This document shows, piece by piece, positions 38,428 through 50,076 of a DNA stretch of 64,000 bases (position 1 is the first letter of the stretch; each line of letters begins with the position of its first letter). The position numbers were made by a program, and so were the translations under genes. The stretch comes from Pseudomonadales bacterium. GTDB lineage: Bacteria; Pseudomonadota; Gammaproteobacteria; Pseudomonadales; Azotimanducaceae. The notes under the pieces are model-generated. The model did no database searches. It had not been told where the DNA came from and saw only the letters and a list, made by a program, of their open reading frames with translations. The DNA lies in the NCBI GenBank assembly GCA_007131295.1, contig SLQW01000036.1, positions 16,766 through 80,765 on the forward strand, given 5' to 3'.

Positions 38428-40029
38428 TCAGGAAGGGAAGTAGGTGGGCGCGCCCGGGCCCACGGGCAGCCCGAGCCCGAATACATAAATGTAGAACCAG
38501 GCGATCCAGCCTACAGCTAGCGCGACGCTGTAGGGCAGCATGGTGGCGATCAGGGTGCCGATGCCAAGATTGCGTACGTAGCGCGTCGCGAACGCCAGGA
38601 TCAGACCGAAGTAGCTCATCATCGGGGTGATGATATTGGTGGTGGAATCGCCGATCCGGTAGGCGGCCTGGATCACTTCGGGGCTGTAGCCGGTGAGCAT
38701 CAACATCGGCACGAAGATCGGGGCGGTCACGGCCCACTGCGCGGAGGCGGAACCGAGCGAGAGGTTCACCAGCATGCACATGGCGATGAACAGCAGGAAA
38801 ACGGCAGGCCCTGTCAGGTTGATGTCCTGAAGGAATTGGGCTCCGACCACTGCGGTGATCTGGCCGAGCTGCGTCCAGCCGAAAAAAGCCACGAACTGCG
38901 CGGCGAAAAACACCAGGACAATGTACAGGCCGAGGCTGCTCATCGCGCGGGCCATCGCATCGATGACGTCACGATCGGTACGCATCACACCGGTCACGCG
39001 ACCGTAGACGAAGCCGGGAACCAGAAAAAACACGAACACCAGCGCGACAATGCCGCGCAGGAATGGTGTGATGGCGGCGATCGTTTCCTCGACGCCGGGC
39101 TCCCGTAGCGCGCCCCAGCTCGGTACCACCATAAGTGCGATCAGCGCCCCGATGAGCACTGCGGCCGCGCCCGCCGCCCACAGTCCCCGGCGCTCGAGCG
39201 CGGTCAGGGGCGCCAGCCGGTCGCTGTCGTCGAGGTCTTCGGAAGCGATCGCCGGGTCGTAGCGACCGAGCCGAGGCTCGACGATCGCGGTCGTTACCCA
39301 GGTGCCGATGCCCGTGACGAGAAATGTGCTCGTGATCATGAAGTACCAGTTCACCGCCGGGTGGACGAAGTAGCCTGGCTCGATGATCTGCGCTGCCGCC
39401 TCGGTGATGCCGGAGAGCAGCGGGTCGACCGTACCGAGCAACAGGTTGGCCGAGTAACCGCCGGAAACGCCCGCGAAGGCGGCCGCCAGTCCTGCCAAAG
39501 GGTGTCGACCGAGGGCATAGAAGATTGCCGCTGCTAGCGGAATCATCACCACGTAGCCCATTTCCGATGCCGTGTTGGAGAGCACGGATGCGAACACGAT
39601 AACGGCGGTGACGAGTCTCGGGTGGGCACCGAGCACCATGGCACGGATCGCAGCGGAAAGCAGGCCTGAGCGCTCCGCGACACCGACTCCCAGCATGGCC
39701 ACGAGGACGGTGCCGAGGGGAACGAAGCCGGCGAAGTTGCCGACCAGGTTCTCGACGATGCGCCGCAGCCCCTCCGCATTGACCAGGCTCACCACCTCGA
39801 TCAGGCCGTCGGGCGCGCGTCCCGGAGCGCCTTCCGGTCGCGGATCGGTCACGGCAACGCCGAGCCAGGCGAGAACGCCCGATAGAAGCACGATGAATAC
39901 GGAAAGCAACGCGAACAGCGTCACGGGGTGCGGCAGCGCGTTGCCGAGCCACTCAACGCCGTTCAGAAAGCGGTTGAACCACGATGATCGTACGGGCGCA
40001 TCGGGCCCGTCGTGTCCGGCGTCGGGCAA
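38428..40029 (-). CDS. AbgT family transporter (p-aminobenzoyl-glutamate transporter family)
   Basis: Strong resemblance to E. coli AbgT throughout: NGVEWLGNALPHPVTLF, FAGFVPLGTVLVAMLGVGVAERSGL and SAQWAVTAPIFVPMLMLTGYSPE. Confidence 0.88.
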   Translation of the reverse strand: MPDAGHDGPDAPVRSSWFNRFLNGVEWLGNALPHPVTLFALLSVFIVLLSGVLAWLGVAVTDPRPEGAPGRAPDGLIEVVSLVNAEGLRRIVENLVGNFAGFVPLGTVLVAMLGVGVAERSGLLSAAIRAMVLGAHPRLVTAVIVFASVLSNTASEMGYVVMIPLAAAIFYALGRHPLAGLAAAFAGVSGGYSANLLLGTVDPLLSGITEAAAQIIEPGYFVHPAVNWYFMITSTFLVTGIGTWVTTAIVEPRLGRYDPAIASEDLDDSDRLAPLTALERRGLWAAGAAAVLIGALIALMVVPSWGALREPGVEETIAAITPFLRGIVALVFVFFLVPGFVYGRVTGVMRTDRDVIDAMARAMSSLGLYIVLVFFAAQFVAFFGWTQLGQITAVVGAQFLQDINLTGPAVFLLFIAMCMLVNLSLGSASAQWAVTAPIFVPMLMLTGYSPEVIQAAYRIGDSTTNIITPMMSYFGLILAFATRYVRNLGIGTLIATMLPYSVALAVGWIAWFYIYVFGLGLPVGPGAPTYFPS

Positions 40030-40090
40030 GGTGGGTCATCCCCAGGCAGTTCAGGCTGCCATGGTACCGGGGAACGTCAGGTGGGAGTAC

Positions 40091-40117
40091 GCCTGCCCGG
40101 CATGGCGCCGGGCAGGC
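40091..40117 (-). terminator. Perfect 11-bp GC stem-loop 18 nt downstream of the OMP gene stop; likely terminator without U-tract
   Basis: gcctgcccggc (40091-40101) and gccgggcaggc (40107-40117) are exact reverse complements around a 5-nt loop. Confidence 0.5.
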
Positions 40118-40135
40118 GATGGCAGGCTCGCAGTA

Positions 40136-40684
40136 TTAGAAGTTGTAGCGGAGTCCGAGCTGCCAGGTCTCGAGGTTGCTCGAGTAGGTGTAGCCGAGTA
40201 CGACGCCGAAGTCGGGCGAGAAGTTGTAAACGGCGCCGACGTCGAAGCTGACCTTGCTTTCGACATCGTCGTAGCTCAAGAACGCGTTCAGCTCGAGTTC
40301 CGGCGTGACCATGCCGCGGACGCCGGCCTGGCCGAAGATGCCGTCATCCGAGTTGCTTCCGACGTTGCTGACGCTGGCCTTGGCGAAGGACCAACCGAGC
40401 CGGGCGACGAAATCGGTGCGCTCGTTGACCGGCATGTTGTAGCCGGCGGCAATGCGGTTGCGCCGCAACGTGACGGGGCTGTCCTTGACCCGGAAGAAGT
40501 CCGCCATCAGGTGGATGTCCTCTTGCAGGGCGAAGGAGCCTTCGAGACCGAAGCCGTGGAGGCTGCTGCCGCCATCGGGCTCAGCGCCGACATAGCCCGC
40601 ACCGACGTAGGTGTAAGAGGGGCTGGCGGCGGCCGCGAGCGGCAGGCTGGCGGCCAGAGCGGTGGCAAGGGCAAATTTGCGCAT
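40136..40684 (-). CDS. Small outer-membrane beta-barrel protein (OmpA-like transmembrane / OmpX/OmpW-type porin family)
   Basis: Signal peptide MRKFALATALAASLPLAAAAS, alternating amphipathic strands, and a C-terminal ...WQLGLRYNF ending in an aromatic residue. Confidence 0.8.
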   Translation of the reverse strand: MRKFALATALAASLPLAAAASPSYTYVGAGYVGAEPDGGSSLHGFGLEGSFALQEDIHLMADFFRVKDSPVTLRRNRIAAGYNMPVNERTDFVARLGWSFAKASVSNVGSNSDDGIFGQAGVRGMVTPELELNAFLSYDDVESKVSFDVGAVYNFSPDFGVVLGYTYSSNLETWQLGLRYNF

Positions 40685-40900
40685 GGCAGGTTTCCTTTGA
40701 GTGGTGTCCCGGGGACCCGGGAAGCACGTAACAGAATTGCAACATCATGTAACGGCGGCGCATCCTACGCATTGTCGGGCTGGGGGAAAAGAGGGAAGCT
40801 GTCGCGGTAGAGTACCGTTGGTCACCAGATCACTACCGCTTATCGCCAGAGTTCACCGCTGGCAGTTTGGCGACTGCCTCTTGAATGGATCGCCCCGCCC

Positions 40901-41227
40901 ATGACCGAGCTCACCGATTCGCTGCATGACGTATTCGCCGGCCTGGGTTCGATTCAGATTCGACCCATGTTCGGCGGTCACGGGGTGTTTCACGAAGGCG
41001 TGATGTTCGCGCTGGTAGCCGACGACGTGGTCTACCTGAAGTCGGACGCCGGGATCGCCGCGCGCGCAGAGGCGGATGGCCTGCAGGCGTTTCGCTATCG
41101 CAAGGGTAACCGCGAGGTGGTGATGTCCTATCACCAGGCACCGGAGGCGATCTTCGAGGATCCGGAGTTCGCCGCCGAACTCGGCCGCGAGGCCTTCGCG
41201 GTCGCCTGGCGTCGGCGCAAGCGGTGA
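40901..41227 (+). CDS. TfoX/Sxy N-terminal domain protein
   Basis: The protein is 108 aa. IRPMFGGHGVFHEGVMFALVADDVVYLKSD matches the TfoX_N core. Confidence 0.75.
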   Translation: MTELTDSLHDVFAGLGSIQIRPMFGGHGVFHEGVMFALVADDVVYLKSDAGIAARAEADGLQAFRYRKGNREVVMSYHQAPEAIFEDPEFAAELGREAFAVAWRRRKR

Positions 41228-41237
41228 CGACCCGGCT

Positions 41238-43145
<1,908 letters not shown>

Positions 43146-43272
43146 GGTCGCGTCGGCGATGGCAGCGCGGAGGGGCGCACGCTAATCGCGACCCCGGCGC
43201 GGGTCAAGGCGGATCACGCCCGTGTCATGACCTGTTGTGACAATTGCACGTTTGGCTACGAGGGGTTGCGCG

Positions 43273-44871
43273 ATGAGTCGCATCTTACCGGGATTGCTGG
43301 TCGCGCTGGTTCTGGTCGCCTGCAGCGGGGACGCCGAGCACGAGGCGCTCGCCCCGGCTCGTGTCGAACTCTCCGAGTCGCGCCCTGCGCCCCTGCTCCT
43401 GATTTCCATCGACGGCTTCCGTCATGACTACCGGGAGCGTACGGATACACCGAACCTGGACCGATTGGCACAGGAGGGTGTTGCGGCCGCGGGTGTCGTG
43501 CACGTCTTCCCGACCAAGACCTTCCCCACCCACTGGTCGATGGTCACCGGGCTGTACACCGAGCATCATGGTGTCGTCGCCAACAACATGTGGGATCCCG
43601 AGCGTCAGCGGAGTTTCAGCCTCCGTAACCGGGATGCGGTCATGGACCCGAACTGGTACGACGGCGAACCGATCTGGCGCACCGCAGAGCGCCAGGGTCT
43701 GACTGCCGCTACGTTCTTCTGGCCTGGATCCGAGGCGCCTGTTGGCGGTGCCCATGCGACGTATTGGAAGGCCTACGATGCATCCATTCCCCATGCACAG
43801 CGGATTGATCAGGTGCTGGCGTGGCTGGATCTCCCCGACGAGGAACGTCCCGATTTCATCACGCTTTACTTCAGCCGCGTCGATTCGCTGGGCCATCGCT
43901 ACGGTCCGGAATCAGCAGAAGTCACCGCCGCGATTGCTGACATCGATGCAGACCTCGGCCGGTTGCTCCGCGGGCTTGAAGACCGTGGCCTGTTGGGCGC
44001 CATGAATCTTCTCGTCGCTTCCGATCATGGTATGAGCGACATCGATCCGGAACGCTACATTTGGCTGGATGACTATCTGTCTCTGGGTGACGTGCATGTC
44101 TCGGACTGGGGGCCTGCAGCGCAGATCTGGGCGGGCGACCAGTCTGCTGACGACATCGCCGAAGCGCTCGAAGGCGCTCATCCCCGTATGCGGGTCTGGA
44201 AGCGTGAGGACACGCCGGAGCATTACCGCTTCGCCGACCACCCCCGAATCGCTGATGTGCTTGCCGAAGCGGATCACGGCTGGATGATCGCGAGCCGGCG
44301 CAATCGCGGGGCCATCCTCATGCGACCGACCCGAGGTATGCATGGCTGGGACCCCCTGCACCGGGAAATGCACGGCATCTTCATCGGGCATGGGCCGGCC
44401 TTCGACTCGGGCGCGCGCCTGCCTGCGGTACGCAGCATCCACCTGCATGAACTGATGGCGCACCTGCTCGGTATCGAAGCGGCCCCCAACGATGGTGATC
44501 TCGCGACCTTCGGGCCGGCGCTGACTGCGCCGCCTCCTGGACTGGGCGCGCCGCCGCCCGCGCTGCCGGTGGTTTACGGCGATCGCATGCCCGACCGGCA
44601 CGTTGCGGTTCCGCTGGCTGGCGCCGATCTGGCGCCCGGTTCCGAGCGCGTGATCCTGAGCGGGACCCTCGCAGGCGGCTGCGACGCTCCGGGCGACTGC
44701 GAACTCATGCTCGAGGATGGCGAGCGACGTCTCGCGGTCGCGATCACGTCTCTCGCCAATCGGCCCGCGGGCAATGTGCGGGAGGCCGCAGTCGTGAGCG
44801 GTCGCCTGCAACGCCATGGTGATGTCCTGCTTCTGGAAGCGGACCGCCTGCTCCTGGGCCAATCGCGCTGA
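43273..44871 (+). CDS. Ectonucleotide pyrophosphatase/phosphodiesterase (alkaline-phosphatase superfamily) lipoprotein with a ~110-aa C-terminal extension
   Basis: From ORF 43237..44871, trimmed to the ATG at 43273 (MSRILPGLLVALVLVAC). It carries LLLISIDGFRHDY, FPTKTFPTHWSMVTGLY (catalytic Thr), VASDHGM and GMHGWDP. Confidence 0.85.
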   Translation: MSRILPGLLVALVLVACSGDAEHEALAPARVELSESRPAPLLLISIDGFRHDYRERTDTPNLDRLAQEGVAAAGVVHVFPTKTFPTHWSMVTGLYTEHHGVVANNMWDPERQRSFSLRNRDAVMDPNWYDGEPIWRTAERQGLTAATFFWPGSEAPVGGAHATYWKAYDASIPHAQRIDQVLAWLDLPDEERPDFITLYFSRVDSLGHRYGPESAEVTAAIADIDADLGRLLRGLEDRGLLGAMNLLVASDHGMSDIDPERYIWLDDYLSLGDVHVSDWGPAAQIWAGDQSADDIAEALEGAHPRMRVWKREDTPEHYRFADHPRIADVLAEADHGWMIASRRNRGAILMRPTRGMHGWDPLHREMHGIFIGHGPAFDSGARLPAVRSIHLHELMAHLLGIEAAPNDGDLATFGPALTAPPPGLGAPPPALPVVYGDRMPDRHVAVPLAGADLAPGSERVILSGTLAGGCDAPGDCELMLEDGERRLAVAITSLANRPAGNVREAAVVSGRLQRHGDVLLLEADRLLLGQSR

Positions 44872-45218
44872 TCTGTCTGCACCAGAGCGGTGCGGGCGCG
44901 GCTCCGTAACGGCGTCCGGCCCGTCGAGGTGAACAGCTCGTGACGACACTGACAGCTTTCGGCCATTTCTGTAGCTGAAGCTTCACGCCCGTTTGATCCC
45001 ACCGTCATCGCCCAGCCGTTAACTGTGCGCGTCGCGGAAGGTGGCCGCGCACGCGCAGAAGCGTGCAGGCGATGCGCTTCGAGCAGTCTTCCGCGACGCA
45101 AAAGGGGTTCACCAACACCATTCCCAGCACTTCGGACGCGGGTCATCGGACGGTCGCCAGCCGACGCCGCAAGGCTCCCGACTTCCCGCTCCGCCTTCTC
45201 GAGACAAGGCAGACAATC

Positions 45219-48200
45219 ATGAACCAACGCATCGTTCTGACTTTACTGCTTGCGATGGCGCTCACCGTGCTCGGTGTCGCCACGGCGCACGCGCAGGTGA
45301 CCGCGGCAGCCGCCGCCGGTCGCGTCGTCGACAGCCGCGGCGTCGGCATCGCCGATGCCACCGTCGAACTCGTGCATGAACCTTCCGGCACACGGAGCAC
45401 TACGAGGACCGACGCCGAAGGCCGGTACTCAGTGCGCGGCCTGCGGGTCGGCGGCCCCTACCGCGTGGTCGTGCGTCGCGACGGCTATCGGCCGAGCGTG
45501 CGCTCCGATCAGTTTCTGCAACTTGCGGACACCGCGGCCATCGACGTGACCATGGAGGAATCCCGGGTTATGGAGGAGATGGTGGTCACCGGTACACGGG
45601 TGGGTGGCGTGTTCGACCCTTCGCGCACCGGCACCGGGACCATTGTCGATCGGGATCGCATCGAGGGTCTGCCGTCGATCTCCCGCAACATCCAGGATTA
45701 CGTGCGCACCGACCCGCGCATCTCGCAGGTGGACAAGGAGCGCGGTGAGATCTCCGCCGGTGGTCAGAACACCCGCTTCAACAACATCCGTATCGACGGC
45801 GTGTCCACGAACGATGCCTTCGGTCTCGAAAGCAACAACCTCCCCACCGATCGCCAGCCGATCTCCATCGACTCCATCGAGGCCATCAACATCTCGCTGG
45901 TGAACTACGACGTGGCGCTAGCCGGCTACACCGGCGCGAGCATCGACGCCGTGACCCGATCCGGGACCAACGAGTTCGAGGGGTCCGTCTACTACATCTA
46001 TCGGGACAGCGACTGGACCGGCAAACGCGACGGCAACCGCTTCACGGGTTTCGAGGACGAGAGCACCTGGGGCGTCACGTTCGGCGGCCCGATCATTCGC
46101 GACACGCTGTTCTTCTTCGGCAGCTACGAGCGTTTCACGCGTTCCTCCGCCTCGCCGATCTTCGGACCGGCCGGCTCGGGCGCGGGCCAGGAAGTGACCG
46201 GCATCTCGGTAGCCGACATCAACGAGGCGCAGGAGATCGCCCAGAACGTGTGGGGCTTCGATGCCGGCTCCTTCGATCCGCCCGGGAGCCTCGATTCCGA
46301 CATCAAGGACCTGATGCTGAAGCTGGATTGGAACATCAACGACTTCCACCGCGCCAGCCTGCGTTACAACCGCACGCAGCAGGACGACCCCTTCCTGCGC
46401 AACATCGGCGCCCGCAGTCTGTCGCTGTCGAGCTTCTGGCAGGTCAGCAACAAGGAGTACTCGTCCATCGTCGGTCAGGTCTACAGCGATTGGACCGAGA
46501 ACCTCTCCACTGAGATGAAGCTCAGCTACGCGGAACAGGAGGCACTGTGGGACATCGGTGATCCGCGTCCTTCCGTGCGCATCTGCCTCAACAGCACGAG
46601 CGACAATTGCTCCGGTGCCGACAGCATCTGGCTCGGATCGGAGCGCTTCCGGCACGTGAACGTGCTGGAAACGGAAACCTGGAACTTCAACCTCGCGGCC
46701 ACCTACGTCACCGGTAACCACGAGCTGAAGTTCGGCTTCGACTACCAGAGTCAGGAAGTCTTCAACCTGTTCGGTCGCGATCAGTTCGGCTACTACGAGT
46801 TCTTCGGCATGGACGCGTTCCGCGACGGTACGCCGGGCCAGTACACCCTGTTCTATCCGACGCAGGGCGGCGTGGAAACCCGGGCGGCGAGCTGGACGCT
46901 CGACAACCTCGGTCTGTTCCTGCAGAACACCTGGCAGGCCCGCGACAACCTGACCATGACGTTCGGGGTACGCGTCGACGTGCCCATTGCCCGCGACGAT
47001 CCGCCCTTCAACGAGGCGGCGTCGGAGTTCTTCGGCGTCCGCAACGATTCCACCATCGATCGCAACGAGCTGGTGCAGCCGCGCTTCGCTTTCAACTACG
47101 CACCTGAGTTCGAGCGCGCGACGCAGATCCGCGGCGGCGTGGGCCTGTTCCAGGGAGCGGCCGCCAACGTCTGGCTGTCGAACCCCTACACCAACAACAA
47201 TGTCATTCAGGGTGCGATTTTCGATGATGACCCGGCGGCTGCAGGAATCATCTTCAGCCCTGATCCGAACAACCAGCCTGGCGAACGTCCGCCCCCGGGA
47301 CTCGGCGGCAACATCGACATCGTCGATCCGTCCATGAGCCAGCCCTCGGTATGGAAGGCGAACCTCGCCGTCGACCACGAGCTGCCGTTCTTCGGCATGA
47401 TCGCCAGCGCCGAGATGGTATTCACCGAGGTTTCCGAGGCGATCTACTACATCAAGCCCAATCTGGGTGCGGCCACGGGCGTCGCACCGGACGGGCGGCC
47501 GATCTACTGGGCCGATCCGGCCACCGGTTCCGGCCGTGGTGCCGACAACCGCAATCCGGATTTCGGCGTCAACAGCACCATCGCGTTGCCCACCAGCAAG
47601 GGTAGGGGCCGGCAGCTGACGCTGAGCCTGCAGGGTCCTCCGGATCCGAACTGGTTCTGGAACGTCGCCTACACGCGGACCACGGCCACCGAGGTGAATC
47701 CGCTCACCAGCTCGCAGGCAGCTTCAAACTGGAACAACTCCATACGCGCCGACCGCAATGCGAACATCGCGGAGAATTCCATCTACGCCATTCGCGATCG
47801 TTTCACCGCGTCCATCAACTACCAGCGTGCGTTCTTCGGTGATCTGCGCACCTCGTTGGGCGTGTTCTACGAGGGCCGTTCGGGACGTCCGTTCACCTAC
47901 ACGTTCACCAACGACGCCAACGGCGACCTGCGGTCGGGGGTGGATCCGTTCTATGTTCCGGCCGGTCCGGGCGACGTGCTGTTCACCGGCGGCGCGGAAA
48001 TGGAAGCGGCGTTCTTCGACTTCCTCGATCGCACTAGCGGCCTGCGCAACCAGCAGGGCCAGATCGCCGGCATCAACCGTAACCGCTCCTCTTTCGTCCA
48101 TCAGGTGGATCTGCGCCTGGCTCAGGAGATTCCGGGGATCATGCGTGGCCGGGGCGAGATCTGGCTCGACATCCTCAACTTCGGCAACCTGCTCAACTCG

Positions 48201-48389
48201 AGCTGGGGCCGGATCGAGGAAATCGCCTTCCCCTACGGCGCTGGTGTCGCTGCGTTCGCGGGCATTGACGAGGAGAGCGGTCGCTACATCTACAACTTCG
48301 ACGAGTCCAACGTCCGTGACGAGATCATCCGTGATGACCGCGGCGAGTCGCGCTGGGCGCTGCAGCTCGGTATCCGCTACAAGTTCTGA
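45219..48389 (+). CDS. TonB-dependent receptor with N-terminal carboxypeptidase-regulatory-like domain (Oar-like)
   Basis: From ORF 45063..48389, trimmed to the ATG at 45219 (signal peptide MNQRIVLTLLLAMALTVLGVATAHA). CarboxypepD_reg-like GRVVDSRGVGIADATVELVH...DAEGRYSVRGL, a plug region, and a C-terminal LQLGIRYKF. Confidence 0.9.
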   Translation: MNQRIVLTLLLAMALTVLGVATAHAQVTAAAAAGRVVDSRGVGIADATVELVHEPSGTRSTTRTDAEGRYSVRGLRVGGPYRVVVRRDGYRPSVRSDQFLQLADTAAIDVTMEESRVMEEMVVTGTRVGGVFDPSRTGTGTIVDRDRIEGLPSISRNIQDYVRTDPRISQVDKERGEISAGGQNTRFNNIRIDGVSTNDAFGLESNNLPTDRQPISIDSIEAINISLVNYDVALAGYTGASIDAVTRSGTNEFEGSVYYIYRDSDWTGKRDGNRFTGFEDESTWGVTFGGPIIRDTLFFFGSYERFTRSSASPIFGPAGSGAGQEVTGISVADINEAQEIAQNVWGFDAGSFDPPGSLDSDIKDLMLKLDWNINDFHRASLRYNRTQQDDPFLRNIGARSLSLSSFWQVSNKEYSSIVGQVYSDWTENLSTEMKLSYAEQEALWDIGDPRPSVRICLNSTSDNCSGADSIWLGSERFRHVNVLETETWNFNLAATYVTGNHELKFGFDYQSQEVFNLFGRDQFGYYEFFGMDAFRDGTPGQYTLFYPTQGGVETRAASWTLDNLGLFLQNTWQARDNLTMTFGVRVDVPIARDDPPFNEAASEFFGVRNDSTIDRNELVQPRFAFNYAPEFERATQIRGGVGLFQGAAANVWLSNPYTNNNVIQGAIFDDDPAAAGIIFSPDPNNQPGERPPPGLGGNIDIVDPSMSQPSVWKANLAVDHELPFFGMIASAEMVFTEVSEAIYYIKPNLGAATGVAPDGRPIYWADPATGSGRGADNRNPDFGVNSTIALPTSKGRGRQLTLSLQGPPDPNWFWNVAYTRTTATEVNPLTSSQAASNWNNSIRADRNANIAENSIYAIRDRFTASINYQRAFFGDLRTSLGVFYEGRSGRPFTYTFTNDANGDLRSGVDPFYVPAGPGDVLFTGGAEMEAAFFDFLDRTSGLRNQQGQIAGINRNRSSFVHQVDLRLAQEIPGIMRGRGEIWLDILNFGNLLNSSWGRIEEIAFPYGAGVAAFAGIDEESGRYIYNFDESNVRDEIIRDDRGESRWALQLGIRYKF

Positions 48390-48431
48390 AGTTGCGTGAG
48401 TTCGCGCCGGGAAGGATCCTGGCGCTACACG

Positions 48432-48464
48432 ACGGCCGGCAGGGATGCCGGCCGTTTTCTTTCC
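48432..48464 (+). terminator. Rho-independent terminator of the TonB-dependent receptor gene
   Basis: A 10-bp perfect stem, acggccggca (48432-48441) with tgccggccgt (48446-48455), around the loop ggga. It is followed by tttctttcc. Confidence 0.85.
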
Positions 48465-48629
48465 GGCGTCAGGGTCGGCGCGGGCGTGGATCGTCACCCG
48501 CGCCTGTCCCTTTGCGCAGTTTCAAAGCGAATGGATCGCCGAGTTCGGTGATGGCGGCGTGGCCTCGGGGCCCTCTAGCGCCAGTCTGTTAGACTGCGCA
48601 CAAATTGCGCTGCTGGGGAGCCCCGCACC

Positions 48630-49535
48630 ATGACCAGAATGCCCGCTGTCAGTCTTGCCGCCGTGCCTGGGCGCCGTCGCGCTACGCTCGCTGCAGCGAC
48701 CGAAATCGAGCGCAGGGGCTTCAGCGGCATCTACTGTCCGAGTCTCGGTGACGTCATGGCGCTGTGCGAGGCCATCGCGCTGGTGACCAACGAGATTCCT
48801 TTTGGCACCAGCATCCAGCCCATTTACGCCCGGCGCGTCGAGGATCTCGCAGCCGGCGCGAGCTTCATCCACGAAGTTTCCGAGGGCCGTTTTCGCTTTG
48901 GAGTCGGAGTCAGTCATGGCCCGGTTTTGAAGCGGCTTGGTGTGCAGGCCGGCAAGCCTCTTACGGACATGCGTAACTTCGTCGACGAGCTGCGCGCCGT
49001 GCCGCGGGTGGGCGAACTGCCACCAGTGGTGCTGGCGACGCTGCGACCGAAGATGATCGGGCTGGCCGCAGAGATTGGCGACGGCATGGTGTTCGCGAAC
49101 GGTGCCCGCTCCCACATGGCGACCTCACTCGCGGCGCTACCGGCGGAAACGAAGGCGGACGAAGGCTTCTTCATCGGCAATATGGTCCCCACCTGCATAA
49201 GCGATGATGAAGAGGCGGCGAAGGCAGTGAACCGGCGCACGTTGACGAGCTACGCGACCTTGCCGAACTACCGCAACTACTGGAAGGACGCTGGCTACGT
49301 CGAGGAGATGGAAGCGGTGGAGAAGGCCATCGCGGCCAAGGACTTCGACCGCATTCCCGACGCGCTTTCGGATCGCTGGCTGGCGGACACAACCCTGTTC
49401 GGGTCCGTTTCGAAGGTGCGCGAGGGTGTTGAAGCCTGGTTCGATGCGGGCGTGCATACGCCGATTCTGGTGCCTTCATCGGCGGCAGGGAACCAGATGA
49501 AGGCGATCGAGGAACTGTTCGCCGCGTTCGAGTGA
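48630..49535 (+). CDS. LLM-class (luciferase-like) flavin/F420-dependent oxidoreductase
   Basis: RRGFSGIYCPSLGDVMALCEAIALVTNEIPFGTSIQPIY, GRFRFGVGVSHGP and a C-terminal helical bundle are typical of LLM family members. Confidence 0.78.
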   Translation: MTRMPAVSLAAVPGRRRATLAAATEIERRGFSGIYCPSLGDVMALCEAIALVTNEIPFGTSIQPIYARRVEDLAAGASFIHEVSEGRFRFGVGVSHGPVLKRLGVQAGKPLTDMRNFVDELRAVPRVGELPPVVLATLRPKMIGLAAEIGDGMVFANGARSHMATSLAALPAETKADEGFFIGNMVPTCISDDEEAAKAVNRRTLTSYATLPNYRNYWKDAGYVEEMEAVEKAIAAKDFDRIPDALSDRWLADTTLFGSVSKVREGVEAWFDAGVHTPILVPSSAAGNQMKAIEELFAAFE

Positions 49536-49549
49536 TTGAGGAGTTGTTC

Positions 49550-50062
49550 ATGGCCACGAGTCGTTCGTACATGATCCTTACGATTGCAGCAGTGAGCGTT
49601 CTGCTCAGTGGATGCAACGAGGCAGAAGTCGAGCGGGCGGGCGAGGAGCCCGTTTCGGACGGCTGGATCGGTAGTCTCGACAGCGACGCAGAACGCTTCC
49701 GCGCGATAGAGTCGTATTTGGGCGGGTTTTCGTCGGCCATGTGGGAGGTGGGTGAGCGCTACCGACATCTCCACCAGGCCCTGGAAGATGACAACCTCGA
49801 ACTTGCCTCCTACCACTTCGAAAAGATCGGTGATGCGATCCGCAATGGCTACCGCAAGCGGCCAGGCCGGCGCGCGAATGCGGAGGCGTTGTTCATGGAT
49901 ACGGTATTCGAGCCTGCGGCAGCGGTTTTCGCGGACGGTGATGCGTCTGCGGCCTGGGAGACCTTCGAGGAGGTGCGCGCGGCCTGCGTCGCCTGTCATG
50001 CCGCCGAGGACGTACCGTTCATGAACGATCAGCCCATGCTGCGCGACTTGCGAGCACCCTGA
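49550..50062 (+). CDS. Lipoprotein with a single C-terminal CxxCH heme c motif; class II (cytochrome c'-like four-helix) cytochrome candidate
   Basis: The ATG at 49550 follows GAGGAG. The lipobox is LLSGC. The body is predicted helical. CVACH is encoded at 49985-49999, about 20 aa from the C-terminus, as in cytochromes c'. Confidence 0.5.
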   Translation: MATSRSYMILTIAAVSVLLSGCNEAEVERAGEEPVSDGWIGSLDSDAERFRAIESYLGGFSSAMWEVGERYRHLHQALEDDNLELASYHFEKIGDAIRNGYRKRPGRRANAEALFMDTVFEPAAAVFADGDASAAWETFEEVRAACVACHAAEDVPFMNDQPMLRDLRAP

Positions 50063-50076
50063 GGCCCCGCGGCAGC

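Noticed and set aside
40707-40722. A near-palindrome, tcccggg-ga-cccggga, just upstream of the outer-membrane protein gene, considered as a possible operator.
   Set aside because: It is short and GC-only, with a 2-nt centre. No regulator gene is adjacent and there is no second copy in the window.
44872-45218. A 347-bp leader upstream of the TonB-dependent receptor, which I considered as a possible riboswitch (cobalamin, for example) or small ORF.
   Set aside because: I found no B12-box-like GCCACTG element and no other riboswitch core I recognise. It has only short GC inverted repeats (such as gtgcgcg/cgcgcac at about 45025-45050) at chance level. An Rfam/Infernal scan would be needed to settle it.
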